In this document: positions 12,449 to 25,786 of the stretch, one piece after another
How the letters are laid out: each line of letters opens with the position of its first letter
Position numbering within the stretch: position 1 is the first letter of the stretch
From: Octopus sinensis
Lineage: Eukaryota
Direction of reading: 5' to 3'
Assembly: GCF_006345805.1 (NCBI RefSeq)
Contig: NC_043001.1
Location: 45,942,001 to 46,006,000 of the forward strand
DNA length: 64,000 nucleotides
The notes under the pieces: model-generated
The model's input: the letters and a program-made list of their open reading frames with translations, nothing else
Databases searched by the model: none
Told to the model about the DNA's origin: nothing
Position numbers and translations under genes: made by a program

Positions 12449-15400
12449 CTCTAGATAGACTAGTGACCATTGTGAAGACTGTTTTAATGACCACGTTCTC
12501 AGTTGTACACTATGACACACACACACATACCACTGTCAGTCCAAGCATATTAGAAGCAGTACAAATGGAATTATCCAGAAGATATCAATATGTATAATGA
12601 TCAAACCAGTGAAGACAGTGAGTCCTGATTGATGGGGGGAAGGGGAAATCTACCTCAAGGATTTGCAGCCATAAATTTAGTTACACTCCATGTTATCACA
12701 ACAAACCTAAATATATGGGGGTTGATATTAATGGTAATAGAAATGATGTCCAAAAAGCATCTAACTGTGCAGTCAAAACCAGCAGAGACTGGATATTGCT
12801 GATGACAGCAGCTTTGCATTGCAAGAGAATTGGAGGTCACACAACCATACTTTGTCAGTGTAGTGGACATATATAATCCTTATGAGGTATCTGTTGTGAA
12901 TATCAGGAAATAATCGAGACATTCATTCAGTAGGAGTCATGTGTTACAGCTAAAGAGAAGAAATAAGTGTATCCATTCTTGAAATATTTTTATTATAGAG
13001 CTTGATTAACTTTCAAGACAACAGAGTAGGTACCAATCATTTCAATTTGACACACCTCTTGTCTTCCTGCTTAGATTGACCAGCTCATATGAAGGATGAT
13101 TCCCCAAACACACAAATTAATTCATTCTTCATTGTTAACTATCTAATGATCAATAAGTGAGTTTCAATATGTTGACTCTTCTTTACACTAGTTAATGAAT
13201 CCTTTGTTGGTGACCCAATGTCCAAAATCTGGGGTTACAGAAAAAAATCTGAAAGAGCTAGCAACTGTTCAAAACTGACACGCTGAGGAGATTCAACAGG
13301 TGTGAAGCATGTTGACAATACAAAGACTGTTAAGTTATTCTAGATGTAAATTATTGAAACAACTATTATTATAATACACACTTCTCCACCATTAGAAAAA
13401 CGTGTATAGTAGCATAATATAAAATCACTAAAACTTAGATTTTGCAAAGATTATAACTGTTTGGAATCATTAGGTGTTATTTTTAGAGTTTATATTAACG
13501 ATATATATCTGCACCACATTTCTATCAGCTTGATCTCTAATCACCACCATCTGTTTTGTTCTTGGATATATTGTTCATGGTCCCAGCCTGAATTCCTTCT
13601 CTAAACTGTAGTAATGTCATTATCCAATAAACCTGTAGCACACTGAGATGAGTTATTCAGAAATTAATTTCCATTCTATCAGTCTCATCTTTAGATTGTA
13701 TTTACAATACTTTATAACAATGGTGTTTCAAACAGTTTGATGTGAATATAAAATATGAAAAAGATGTCTAAGAGTTACCATCTACATCCCAAGTTCATTA
13801 TTACTCTTTCTTTAATATTTGTATGTGTTAACACCAACACACCAAGTTAACAAGGGATCCTCAGCAGCAAAGATGGCCAACATTGGATGATTAGAAATAG
13901 TGGGCTGCATAGGTACCTGTGCTGGTGATATGTAAAAGACACTCAGTACACTCTGCAAAGTGGTTGGCATAAGGAAGGGCATCCAGCTGTAGAAACAAAG
14001 TAAAAACAGAGCCTGGTGCAGCTCTTTGGGTTACTAGCTCGACCAGAGTTGGGCATAAGTCCATTAATTCATTAATCTTAATTAATGAAGTTAACATGAT
14101 TGAACCTCTAAGTTAACTTTGAAAATCATTATCGGACTAATTAACTTCTGTTACAGTTAGCTTCTGTTAACTCAAGTCTGTTAACCCAAAAGTTTCATAA
14201 AAACCAGTAAACGTTTAAAAGTTTCTATTGTTTTCACATTGTCTTAGCATACTTAATATTGTACATGTCATTCTTTCAACCCTCATATAACGCCACTTAT
14301 TATTATAAATAACTTGTAGGACCTTGTTTGGCCCTGCCTGGAGTTGAAACCAAGTCCACCCACTTGATGCTTGCAAAGACAGCGGGGGGGGGGGGGAATT
14401 TCTTAGTCCTGTCAAGAGGGAAAAGTGATTGATGTGTTTCCATTTGATCTATGACCTTGCTGAGGTGGATGTCAACAGAGAAAATATTGACTTCCACAAA
14501 GTGGAAAAAAGTTGGTAAATATTTCGGTGTGAATGCAAATAGCTGTTACGTGGTAGCAGGGCATGCTAGAAATAGCAGCCAAATCTTTCCGTTTATGGAA
14601 AAAGCATGCAAAATAATCTAGAAAAGAAAAAAATAACACCTGTGAAACAAAACTCCCTTGATGGAAAATTTCGAGCTCCCCACCACCCCTCCCACCTTTC
14701 TTTTCCAGGAAAAAAATGGTTTGTAGCATGTTTGTAGGTCAGATACATTGAATACACCTGAAAAAAATTATTCCACACCAAGGTATGAAATATTTACCTA
14801 AAAAATAAAACCTTGTTCTGATTATACCTGTATTTTAATTAATTTAAATTAATGTATCTCATGTTGAAAAGTGGCAAAATTTTTGTCGGTTGCCATCTGG
14901 GATAATTTTAGTAACATAAAAGAGGTAAGATGCATTAAGAATTTCAATTTTAGTGTTTATCCATAATGTTATTGCTTTTACACCTGTTAATTAAATGTAC
15001 CTGCCTCTAAAAGTCAAATTTACTCAGCAAGATCAACTAAAATTACATAACTATAAACCAGTAGTATATAAAGCATCCACTGATAAAATTTCAAATCTGT
15101 ACGCAAAAAATTTACAAAGTTACAAGCAAATATTGTGGATACTCCTCTTGAAACTAATTCAAAAGTACAGGAACAAATAAGCATTACATTTGACTGATTA
15201 ATATGAACACTAAAGATGTTTTTCTTACATACACACATAACACATCCTCACTTGGTTGGGACTACATGTGTGTTACTTTGACAACATCAATCCATAAAAT
15301 TTGTTTATGGGGAGAAAAATATCAATAGATGTGTGAGTGAAGAAAAAAAACGAGGAGGGAGGTTTTGAGATGTGCTAGAAACAACAGCCAGATCTCCCTT

Positions 15401-17065
15401 AAATCACACATTTTCCTCTGAAATTAATTTTTTTAAAACCAAAAATGTTTCTCTCACAGGTTTTAAGTGTATAGTGAAGAAAAAAAAATGGCCAAGATTG
15501 TTTCAGACTGGGGTAGTGAGTGGGTGGCGGGAGTAAAAAAAAAAAATTTTCAAAGTCTTTTCTTTGAAAAGATGCCTCCCATCATTCTGAAGACTGGTGA
15601 AAAACATTGAAAAAAATCCCCGTCAAAACAAAAATTCCAACTTATGTGGGCTGTCTGATCCAAACTCTGTTTTCCAGAAATTCCCCCTCCCCTTCCAAAA
15701 ATTTTGCCTACAAATTTCTATGTAATCGTAACCTACACCGTTTGAAAGGTATTTGAATAAAATTTCATTAAAAAAATACCTACTTTCCAGGAAGTTATGA
15801 GGGGGAAAATGTCGGGTCCTGTGAATTTTCCGAAACTCCCCCCACCAATCCTGCGAAAAATATTTTCCAACAAATCTTTACATACACGTAATCTACAGGA
15901 TATAAGTGATTATTTGGTGGAAGTTCCGTTAAAATGTATCTATCTTTCTGGAAGTTATGAGGCAACAAATTTGGTGGAGTATTAATTGTAGTTATGCCAT
16001 TTTTCAATAAAAGTTAACATTAATGGATTAACTTTAACTTGTTACATTTTCAAGGAATTAATGGATTAACAATCATCGACGTTAGCTTTTAGGTTAATGG
16101 ATTAATGAAGTTAACTTTTCTTAGACAAGAACCAGTGCTTGTTTGACACTGTTCTATTGTACTTTGTTATTCCTTTGTGGACATTTGCAAGTGTGTTTTC
16201 AAAATACAAAAACTAAGTTGTGTTTTCATTTCACACCCATCACAATGCAAAAGAAAAAAATCAGAAAGGGATACAAAGTGTGAATTCAATAAATGGTGGT
16301 GATATGGACACCTATCTATAGCAGGTCCTTTTAAGAAAACTAGTACATTATTCATGAAAATAGTTTCTCACATAATAGAAGTCATCATCTTAACAAATAC
16401 TAGAAAACGCTACCTCAAGCTAAAATAGAAGTTGTGGGAAGAATACATAATTGAGAAAAAGTAAGAAATGAAAACACATGTTGAAAGAAGTTGTGAAAAT
16501 TTGGTGATGAAAGAAGCATCTTTTGTGTTGGCCAAAACAAACAACACCCCAAAAAACACTGCCAAGAAAAAAAAAAAGTCATAAACACCTTTCTCTGATG
16601 GAGGAGGAATTGTTAGACCTTGTTTCAATATATATTTATTTGCAAGTATTGGCAAGAAAAATGTTGAAAATATGTAGATGAAATTGTCTCCCAAAACAAA
16701 CTTTTAAGAGATGCACTGAAGAACTCTTGTGGTGAATCTGAGTTATAGGTCTTTTCTGTATTTGGACTTTATTTTCTTTAGCTTTGGGTGAACCTGCCAG
16801 CATATGTGATAAAGCCTAATTAAGCATTTTTATAAGAGGATTTGAAAACAATTTTAGCCACTTGTTGGTCTTCCATTGCTTCATTGAAAAACAGGAGTTT
16901 TTGACATGGTCCATGACATCATGCTGGAAAAGCCAACAAAAAGAGTTCCCAGTAAACTCATCAGTATTTGTTCTGATGTAGTCTATTAATGATTAGTAAA
17001 GATGCAGGGTCTGTAATTTTACTTTAAAACTTTTTACATCGTTTCATATTATAACAGCATTATAA

Positions 17066-17232
17066 CAACGCTCTGAAACCGGTGTGCCACGAGGTGATGC
17101 TAGGTATGCCAAAGTATAACCTGAATATAATTTTTTCCCTACACTTTTAGTTATATTTTTAGTTCAGGTGTGCTGCTGTATTCTGAAAAGAATATAAGTG
17201 TACCACAAGTGAAAAAAGGTTGTGGAGCACTG
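17066..17232. mobile_element. degenerate hAT-like MITE
   Basis: caacgctctgaaacc ... ggttgtggagcactg ends, both flanked by ttataa; internal ggtgtgcc motifs. Confidence 0.5.
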
Positions 17233-18581
17233 TTATAATACATTAAAAAAAGTTGTTGAAGGTGTCTCATAACCTTGTGCTTTCTCTATTCATTTGCACT
17301 CCACGTTACAGATGTGATCGGTTTTCCATAACATCAGTACTAAGGAGGTTGTCAAGTCCTCAGTGAGACAGAATTAAGATTTTTTTTTACCCTATTTTAC
17401 CTCTTCTTGCTTTAACTAATTTACAAGGTGGCTAAGGGCTGGTGGTTGACTTTCTTTCATGGGCCCCATCATACAAAGTGGGGGATGGAGGCCTTGTACA
17501 CTGTAGGTGCAGAAAGTGTTTAACAAGCTGAGATGTGTAAATTCACTCAGGTAAATACAGTTGAGAAATAGTGAAAGATCAAAATGGGTCTGTAAAAGGA
17601 GCAAGACTAGCATGGTAGAGACAGACTTATTGAGGTAGAGACAAGAGGTGGGGAGTGAACAACGGGCGAAGCAGAGGTGGACATAGCAAGTGTAGGTGAT
17701 GGGTGACGGGGAGAGATAGATAGATAGACAAATAGTAGATAGAGAGATGGATGGATTCATCGATAAAGTCAGGTGTATTAGATACAAATGATTCAATGCA
17801 GTCTTTTGTACACAGATGTAGTGAGGGTGGTGGCAGCAGAACGATGAGGCTGTGGGTGGTGCAATCATTAAAGGTGGTGAGATGAAATGGAGTGGGGGTG
17901 GTTTGAGTGACATGGAAATGATAGGAGTGGGGAGGTGTTTGGAGGAGGAAGGTGGACAGAGGCAGAATAATGATGATGGACCAATCCAGTGTCACATACA
18001 CAAACCTAGTGAAGGGTAAGGGAAGCAGAACAATGGGGATGGTGATGTTGAGATGACAGCCATTCCTCAGTTTGCAAGCATTACAGGTAAGTTGGAAGAT
18101 AAACGATAGGAAAATTCTAAGTGATAGAGAGGTGACTGATTGACTTAGGAGATGAGTGAAGGAGGAGAGGTGATCAATTGATAGGAAAAAGAAGAAAGTC
18201 AGGTAGCAGATATAGGCTTGACAGGATTATGTACACATACATACATGGTTCAAAAATATAAAAATAAAACAAAGATGAGGTGAAAGAACAATAAACAAGC
18301 TGTATTAGTTTAACACTTAGGAAAAATGACAGAAGTCTTAAATGTTTCAAGCCTACATTCTTCTACAGAAAGGGTAGATCAAATTAGCATCCTTAGGCCA
18401 AAGCATTGAGAGTGGATTAAGCAGATGGAAACTGAATGAAGCCCATCATGAGTGTGTGTATGTGTTTCTGTCTTCTTGCATTGTCACTGCCTGATGGTTG
18501 TAAATGATTGTCACTGTCATACAAGCAACATCATTCATTTTCAATATTCTGTGAGAACATATCTGGTCATGGGGTAATATT

Positions 18582-18884
18582 TTTTTTGTTCCTTCTTGAG
18601 CCACGCCTGGCTCATAAGAGCCGGTTTCCTGGTTTCTTTGGCGTATAGGTTCCCCACCTGGACGGGATGCCGGTCTGTTGCAGGTGAGCTGCAAGATGCA
18701 GGAGGAAAGAGTGAGAGAAAGTTATGGCGAAAGAGCCAGCAGAAGTTCGCCATTACCTTCTGCCAGAGCCATGTGGAGCTCAAGTGTTTCGCTCATAAAC
18801 ACACACATCGCCCAGTCTGAGATTTGAACCCACGATCCCTCGACTGCAAGTCTGCTGCTCTAACCACTAGGCCATGTGCCTCTA
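18582..18884 (-). mobile_element. tRNA-derived SINE with 14-bp target duplication, nested in an older SINE (18390-19015)
   Basis: Duplication catggggtaatatt at 18568-18581 and 18885-18898. Minus-strand head gaggcacatggcctagtggttagagcagc...gggttcaaatctc. Confidence 0.85.
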
Positions 18885-19689
18885 CATGGGGTAATATTAA
18901 TTGCTTGGAAATAGATGATGGTTGACAACAGGAAGGGTACCTAGTGTATAAATTCTGCCTCAACAAACTCTGTCTTACCCATGCAAGCATGGAAAAGTAA
19001 ATGTTATAATGATAATGTTTGTTTGTACTTGTGAATAGACAGGTTGTGTGTGTTGAGAATTGTTTCCAAATTCAGTAATTACAAAATGGTAGAATAAATG
19101 AGGGAAAGATAGATGTACTTCAAACTAATGCTTGTGTCTGTGACTGTTTTATTGGCTTACCAAGTCTTTTCAAGTAATCATAGTTTATCTAGCCAAATTC
19201 TATGCTAAGCCACACATCTTAAGCCTTCTACTTCTAGTCCTACCCACAGTGTTCTAGTCTAGGCCAATTGCTTTATTTTTGTCTACCTTCAGTCACCAGA
19301 CGTCTCAGTCATTTGTTATTGCCTCTGTGAGACTCGACAAATGAATATCATATTTCACCACCTCACCCAAGGTCTTCTTGGTTCAACCTCTTCCACAGGT
19401 TCCCTCCACAATTAGAGATGGGCACTTTTTTTATGCAGCTGTCTTCATAACATATTAATATAATAATATATATACAAATAAAATGTGGCTCTGTTGTGAA
19501 GAGATTTGTTTTGCAGTCACATGGTTCAGAACTGGATCTCACTGCATAGCATTTTGAACAAGTAGTTTCATAAAGCCTCACGTTGACCATTTACATGTGA
19601 GTCAAATTTGATAGATGGAAACTGTGCAGAAACCTATTGTACATATATATAGTATATGTAAATATTTTATACACACTCTTCATAGACTT

Positions 19690-20110
19690 GCCTGGGTGGT
19701 TCAGAAGTTCGCTTTACAATCACATGGTTTCAAGTTCAGTGCTACTGCATGACACCTCAGGCAAGTGCCTTCTAACATAGCCCCAAGCTGACCAAAGAAT
19801 TGTGGCAGAATTTGATAGATGGAAACTCCAAAAAAAGCCCTGAGTGTGTACGCACACACACACTTGTATATATGTCATGTATGTGTGTGTGTTTGCGTGT
19901 GTGTGTGTGTGTGTGTGTGCATGCCTCCTTGTCTTGACATCACATGCTAAATATCAACAAATGGTGTTGTTTGGTACCAATCTTCCCAGAAAATGTCTGG
20001 CCATAGGAAAAGATAATCTTGCTTGAAACAGGCAAGGGTTGGCAACAGGAAGAGCATCAGGCCACAGAAAATCTGTGCACACTTGGAAAAGTAGATGTCA
20101 AAACAATGAT
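19690..20110 (+). mobile_element. family A-head SINE with alternative tail
   Basis: cacatggtttcaagttcagtg...ggcaagtgccttcta...gatggaaact, (TG)n, ccttgtcttgacatcac, ggttggcaacaggaagagcatc. Confidence 0.65.
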
Positions 20111-20790
20111 GTATGTGTTTGTGTGTGGCTTACTTTGTGCATATTAGTGTAAATTCAATGTGGCTTTTACTTACTAAGGGGAAAGTAAGTGAACTCGGTC
20201 ATTCTATTGATGGAAATTGATAAAATGAATAACTGATCAGGTACTAGGGATCAATATAACTGACAGTGAAGATAGTACCCCACTACAGTTGCAGCCCAAT
20301 AAATGAAAGATACAATGGAAGTGGCTTATTTTAATCACAAACAAAATTTTACTATAGCCTTAAGACAACCAATGCTTTCTGAGTAAATTTGGTAAGCCTA
20401 TAAGCATATATACATATATGTGTGCATGTGTGTGCTTCTCTCTCTCTCTCTTTGTGTTTGCCTCACCATCCACCACTTGTTAACTGGTGCTGGGTTAGCA
20501 GTTCAGCAAAAGAAGCAATAAAATTAGTACCAGACTTCAAATAATAAATACTAGGGCCAGTCCAATGACTGAAAGAAGATAAAAAAAGATAATGTTATCA
20601 ATTGATTATTGTTATCAAAAAGTTCTGTCCCAAAGTAATCACAATAAGCAGCTTCCACTGTGTGTATGTGTATAAATCTTTATCTTTTTACTTGATTCAG
20701 TCATTAGACTGCAGCCATGCAGGGGCACTGCCTTGAAGAATTTTAGTCAAATTAACCCCAATACTTATTTTTTGTTGTTGTTTAAGCATA

Positions 20791-21177
20791 AGAGTGGCTG
20801 TGTGGTAAGTAGCTTGCTTACCAACCACATGGTTCTGGGTTCAGTCCCACTGCATGTCACCTTGGGCAAGTGTCTTCTACTATAGCCTCAGGCTGACCAA
20901 AGCCTTGTGAGTGGATTTGGTAAACGGAAACTGAAAGAAGCCCATCGTATATATGTGTGTGTATATATGTTTGTGTGTCTGTGTTTGTGCCCCAACCTTG
21001 CTTGACAACTGATGCTGGTGTGTTTACGTCCTCAAACTTAGCGGTTCGGCAAAAGGGACCAACAGAATAAGTACTAGGCTTACAAAGAATAAGTTCTGGG
21101 GTCAATTTGCTTGACTAAAGGCGGTGCTCCAGCATGGCCAAAGTCAAATGACTGCAACAAGTAAAAGAGAAAAGAGT
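20791..21177 (+). mobile_element. family A SINE, full length, nested inside an opposite-strand copy (20677-21270)
   Basis: gagtggctgtgtggtaagtagcttgcttaccaaccacatggttctgggttcagtcccactg ... gactgcaacaagtaaaagagaaaagag. Confidence 0.88.
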
Positions 21178-21287
21178 AAGCCTGATACACTATCAGTCTT
21201 TTTTGCCAAACCACTAAGTTACAGAGACGTAAACACACCAACACCAATCATCAAGCAGTGATGGTGGCCATTCACACACACATCTAT

Positions 21288-21584
21288 ATCACCGTGACCG
21301 ACCAGGCTATCAGATGTTGCTACACATCGCTGGTCACAATGCACTTCGCATTGTTTTAGCCTTCAAATGACGCCACCCCGCTGGCTAAGCGAGCAGGCCA
21401 ATAGAAGAGTGAGAGAAAGTTGTGGCGAAAAAGTACAGCAAGGATCCCCCCCCCCCCCCGGCGGAGCCTCGTGGAGCTTTAGGTGTTTTCGCTCAATAAA
21501 CACTCACAACGCCCGGTTTGTGAATCGAAACCGCGATCCTATGACCGCGAGTCTGCTGCCCTAACCACTGGGCCATTGCGCCTC
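21288..21584 (-). mobile_element. tRNA-derived SINE with 13-bp target duplication and LINE-shared 3' tail
   Basis: Duplication cacacacatctat at 21275-21287 and 21585-21597. Head ggaggcgcaatggcccagtggttagggcagc...ggtttcgattc. Tail matches 62209-62296. Confidence 0.85.
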
Positions 21585-21681
21585 CACACACATCTATCTC
21601 TCTCTCTCTGTGTGACCTCGTGTGTACCGTTGGCGATTTTTTTCCTCTGTCTTCCCTTCTCGGGATCTTTCCTTCTTCTAT

Positions 21682-21716
21682 GTTTCCGACGAAGAGCTCC
21701 GCTCGAAACGTTAAAC
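21682..21716 (+). ncRNA. minimal hammerhead-like motif (U4>C variant) in a probable Penelope terminal-repeat fragment
   Basis: GUUU CCGACGA A GAGC-ucc-GCUC GAAA CG UU AAAC: stem I guuu/aaac, stem II gagc/gcuc, palindromic ACGU stem III. The core reads CCGACGA rather than CUGANGA. Confidence 0.5.
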
Positions 21717-21802
21717 CCTCCTTCTTCCCTTAGCATCCAATAATACTATATTTGTTCCACGTCCTCGCATTGTTGTTTTTTTTTGTGTTTTCTTGTTTGG
21801 AT

Positions 21803-21860
<58 letters not shown>

Positions 21861-22539
21861 CAATGGGCTTCTTTCAGTTTCCATCTATCAAATCCACTCA
21901 CAAGGCTTTGTTCAGCCTAAGGCTATAGTAGAAGACGCTTGCCCAAGGTGTCACGTAGTGGGACAGAACTTGGAACCATGTGGCTGTAAAGCAAACTTCT
22001 TACCATACAGCCATGCCTGCACCTATTCACATTTCATTTATGAACACGAATACAAATATCATGCAGTCATGGTAAGTTGTTAAGTTTATTTCACGCTCAT
22101 GATACCTGGTCAAGTATCTTCTACAATAAGCTGTGAATCAATTGAAACATTGAGTGAAATTGTGTACCTGGCAACTGTATGGAAAGCCTTCAGATAATCT
22201 ATAGCTTGTTTTTGTGTAGTAGACTTAATCCATTGCCCTATTTACCTCTACACCCTGGCATGAAGGTGCTTTTTGTAGGGTTCACTTTGCTGCAGCTGCT
22301 GTACCATGTCATTAGTCTCAAGATGACACAATACTTTGACATGTTGCTTTTTGACATCCACTATGCAAGAGTTCAGGTTTCTACATGTCTTTCTATCATC
22401 AGGCATAGACAACCTGTAAACTGTTATGGGCGTTGCCTCTCCCTGCTTTTCGACAAAACCTCAAAAATAAGTGCACCCTCTACACATAAGCCAACTGCTA
22501 CATTACTACTGGATTACTATACATATAGATATGTGATAC

Positions 22540-22575
<36 letters not shown>

Positions 22576-23194
22576 ATCAGATAGACAGATAGATAGACAT
22601 GATAAACAAAAAGACATACCTATGCAATTCTACAATGCATTCACAACTCCATGTAACATTCATACCAAAACAGGTAAAATGGCAGGAAGAAGGTTTAAGG
22701 GAGGAATTGGTGGGTGCATGAATGCATGTATTATTAGAACAGCTTTCTCACCCTAAGGTAATTCGGTGGTGTGTGGAGGAGTGTCTTTTTTGGAACGTAG
22801 GTATTCTGTATGAATTTACATTTATACCCTGCTGGTAATAAAGTCAGTGGTATGAGAAAGAGAGAGAGAGAGATGGGTAGGGATCAGATGAAAGGAATAA
22901 AAAAGGAATAACAGAATAAGAAAACAAAGGAGACAAGGGGAAAGAATGACAAAGACAGGAATAAACAGATATGTTAAAGCAATGCAGATGACAAGATAAA
23001 GGGCTGTGTGTGTGTGTGTAGACATATATATATATATATACACACACACAAACACACATGGGGGGGGGGCAAGTTCTATTTTGAATTATTTGAGATCTTC
23101 CTGTAAGGAAGGGGCCCGGTTTCTAACAAAGATACAAAACTTCATCATTAGAATATAGATAACACACACACACAAACATACAAATATATGTATA

Positions 23195-23565
23195 GGCACA
23201 GGCAGGCCTGTGTGGTTAAGAAGCTTGCTTCCCAACCTGTGGTCTTGGGTTCAGTTCCTCAGTTCTGCCGTGCAGTACCTTGGTCAAGTATCTTTTACTT
23301 ATAGCCTTGGGCAAATCACAGCTATGTGAATGGGTTTGGTAGATGGAAACTGAAAGAAACCTGTTGTGTGTGTGTGTATGCATATTTGTGTGTACCTTTG
23401 TCTTGACATTACGGTTGCAAACATGCGTTATTACTATCATACAAGTGATGTTGTTCGTGAAAAAAAAAAGCACATGCCATGCCTGGCTATGGAACTTATT
23501 ACGTTGCTTGGAAACAGGTGGGGGTTGGCAACAGGAAGGACATTAAATGATAGTGGTGATGATGA
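23195..23565 (+). mobile_element. family A-head SINE
   Basis: ggcctgtgtggttaagaagcttgcttcccaacc...gatggaaactgaaagaaacc, tail ggggttggcaacaggaaggac...gatgatgatg. Confidence 0.65.
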
Positions 23566-24863
23566 TGATATATTTACATATTAGTTAACAAACATGGCTG
23601 TATGGTTTAGCCTGCTCTCTCTCAGGAATATAATCTAATATATATCACTTTAAACAATAGACTGGAATTTAAGGAAAATTTAGCTGCTATTTCTAGCAGG
23701 TTGAGTGACTATGTTGAGGTTCCCATTGGCAGGTTGGATTATTTCAGTAATGGTGTTGTAGATGGAAGAATGTAAAGCAAAGGATTTTGTTAGTTGTTAA
23801 ACCTCAGTTCAGCCTTTGGACCCTTTTGTGTTTTTAGTGACATCTAAGTACATCCTTTTTTAAATGCATCTTTTAAAGGTAGCAGAGAGCGATTTGAGGG
23901 AGATTTGGATGCTATTTCTCGCAGTTTGAACGATCACATAGAGGGTCGTTCATTAGCTCAGAATCGGAGGTTTGGTTTGTTGTTTTCGTTCAGCCTCCAA
24001 TCAACTCTGATTAATTTGACTTAAGATCAAAGCCATCACCGTCATGAAAATTCTATCCTTTTATCCGACCTAGTGTATCTAACGCCACATTATCCAATGT
24101 GTCAATCATTATTTAAGACTGATGCAGTTTAACAGAGATTTGGTTACTATTTTTAGGAATCTTGAATGAACAGGCCTATAATCAAATGTATTCAAGCCAT
24201 AACCATAATGTGACCTTCCTTTTTACAACGAAACCCAGACATCATCATCAACGTATGTGGGAAATTTGATAACTATTTTGAACAGATCGAACAAACCACA
24301 TACAAGGCTCCAACGTTAGCTCAAGGTGAAGGTGTTCTTGTCTACTTGAGGTGCTGGCGGTGGAAATTGGTGTTTGTGATGGCAGTTGATGTTTTTGTAG
24401 ACTGTCAATCAAACGCGATTATATAGGTATACGTAAAATTTACCACCAACATCCCTATATACTTATACTGCATGAAAACCAACCAAAACGCTTACACTAA
24501 TCTATTACCAGGTTACTCGATCTAGTAGAAATAGCAGCTACGTTTCCCTCAAAATACAAGAAGAATGGTTATATACTGGGTTTATGTAGTCTTAGATAAA
24601 CAGAAAAGGGGTCATGGTAGGAAATAATGCCTTTGATCATAGGTCCGCAACGACGATAACGACTACCACCTGTGTAGCTGTTATTTCTGGTACCAATCCT
24701 AACTAGTCTTGGACTTTATTAAGATGATGATAATGATAACAATACTGTTCGTGTTGACAATGAAAATAACAGTTGTACAGAAAGCTAGAGACAACGATAT
24801 CATAACATAACCCAGTATGCTGCTGCTACTACTACTACTACAACAGTAACAACTACTACGACT

Positions 24864-24899
<36 letters not shown>

Positions 24900-25752
24900 T
24901 CGAATATCAGCTGCAGTTGCAGCAACAACAACAGTAGCAGTGATGATAACAATATCAGAAGGGGAAAATGTGTGTGTTGTGAAGCAAAATATTTATGAAA
25001 ACAATGGTAAATATTTAATAGGTTAAATAATGAAAATTAACGTAAATGATTTCTTGGATAATAATAATTTTTTATTAGCCAGAAAGAGAAAATATTTTGG
25101 GTAACACACACATTATGTGTGTGTAATTAGTTGGTACTGCCCAGAATTTGTTTCCTTCTAACTTAATAGTACATATTTTTAATGGCATTTTGCAAAACAC
25201 GTTATGTAAGATGTAAATAAATAAATAAGACAAAACTTTTTTATGGTCAGAACAAAGAGAAGTTCATTATCTGTCTACATCTCTTGACATTATCCTGATT
25301 GATAATATTCATTATCAACATGAAATTGGAAGCCACGATGAAGGAAAAAAACAAAAACAAAAAATAACCAAGCGTTCCAACTTCAAGTTTAGCCAAGGAA
25401 TTTTATCCAACCTTCTTAATTATTTTTCTAATGAACACACACACACAAAAACCACTGGTTTGATAGAACGGTATGGTGCTGGCAGAGAGAATATGGGGTG
25501 TGTAGGTCAATGAAATCAACTATTTAGAGATAACATGTGAAAGAGCGAGCACGTGTGTGAGAAGAAGCGACAAAGTTAGTACTTTGATAGATAGATAGAT
25601 ATTTCATGGTCCCTATAAAAGTGCCTTATGTTCATTTGCTCTTTATCCCTTCTGGGATCAGTTAAATGAAATGCAATCAAGTACAGGAGTCAACATAACC
25701 GACTTTAAAGAACCCTTGAATTTGAGACGTTTTGTCAAAAAATCGATATATA

Positions 25753-25786
<34 letters not shown>

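Noticed and set aside
12460-13860. Possible very old LINE relic (also 16700-17000 and 27480-27990)
   Set aside because: Only faint motif-like traces; cannot be supported without a profile search.
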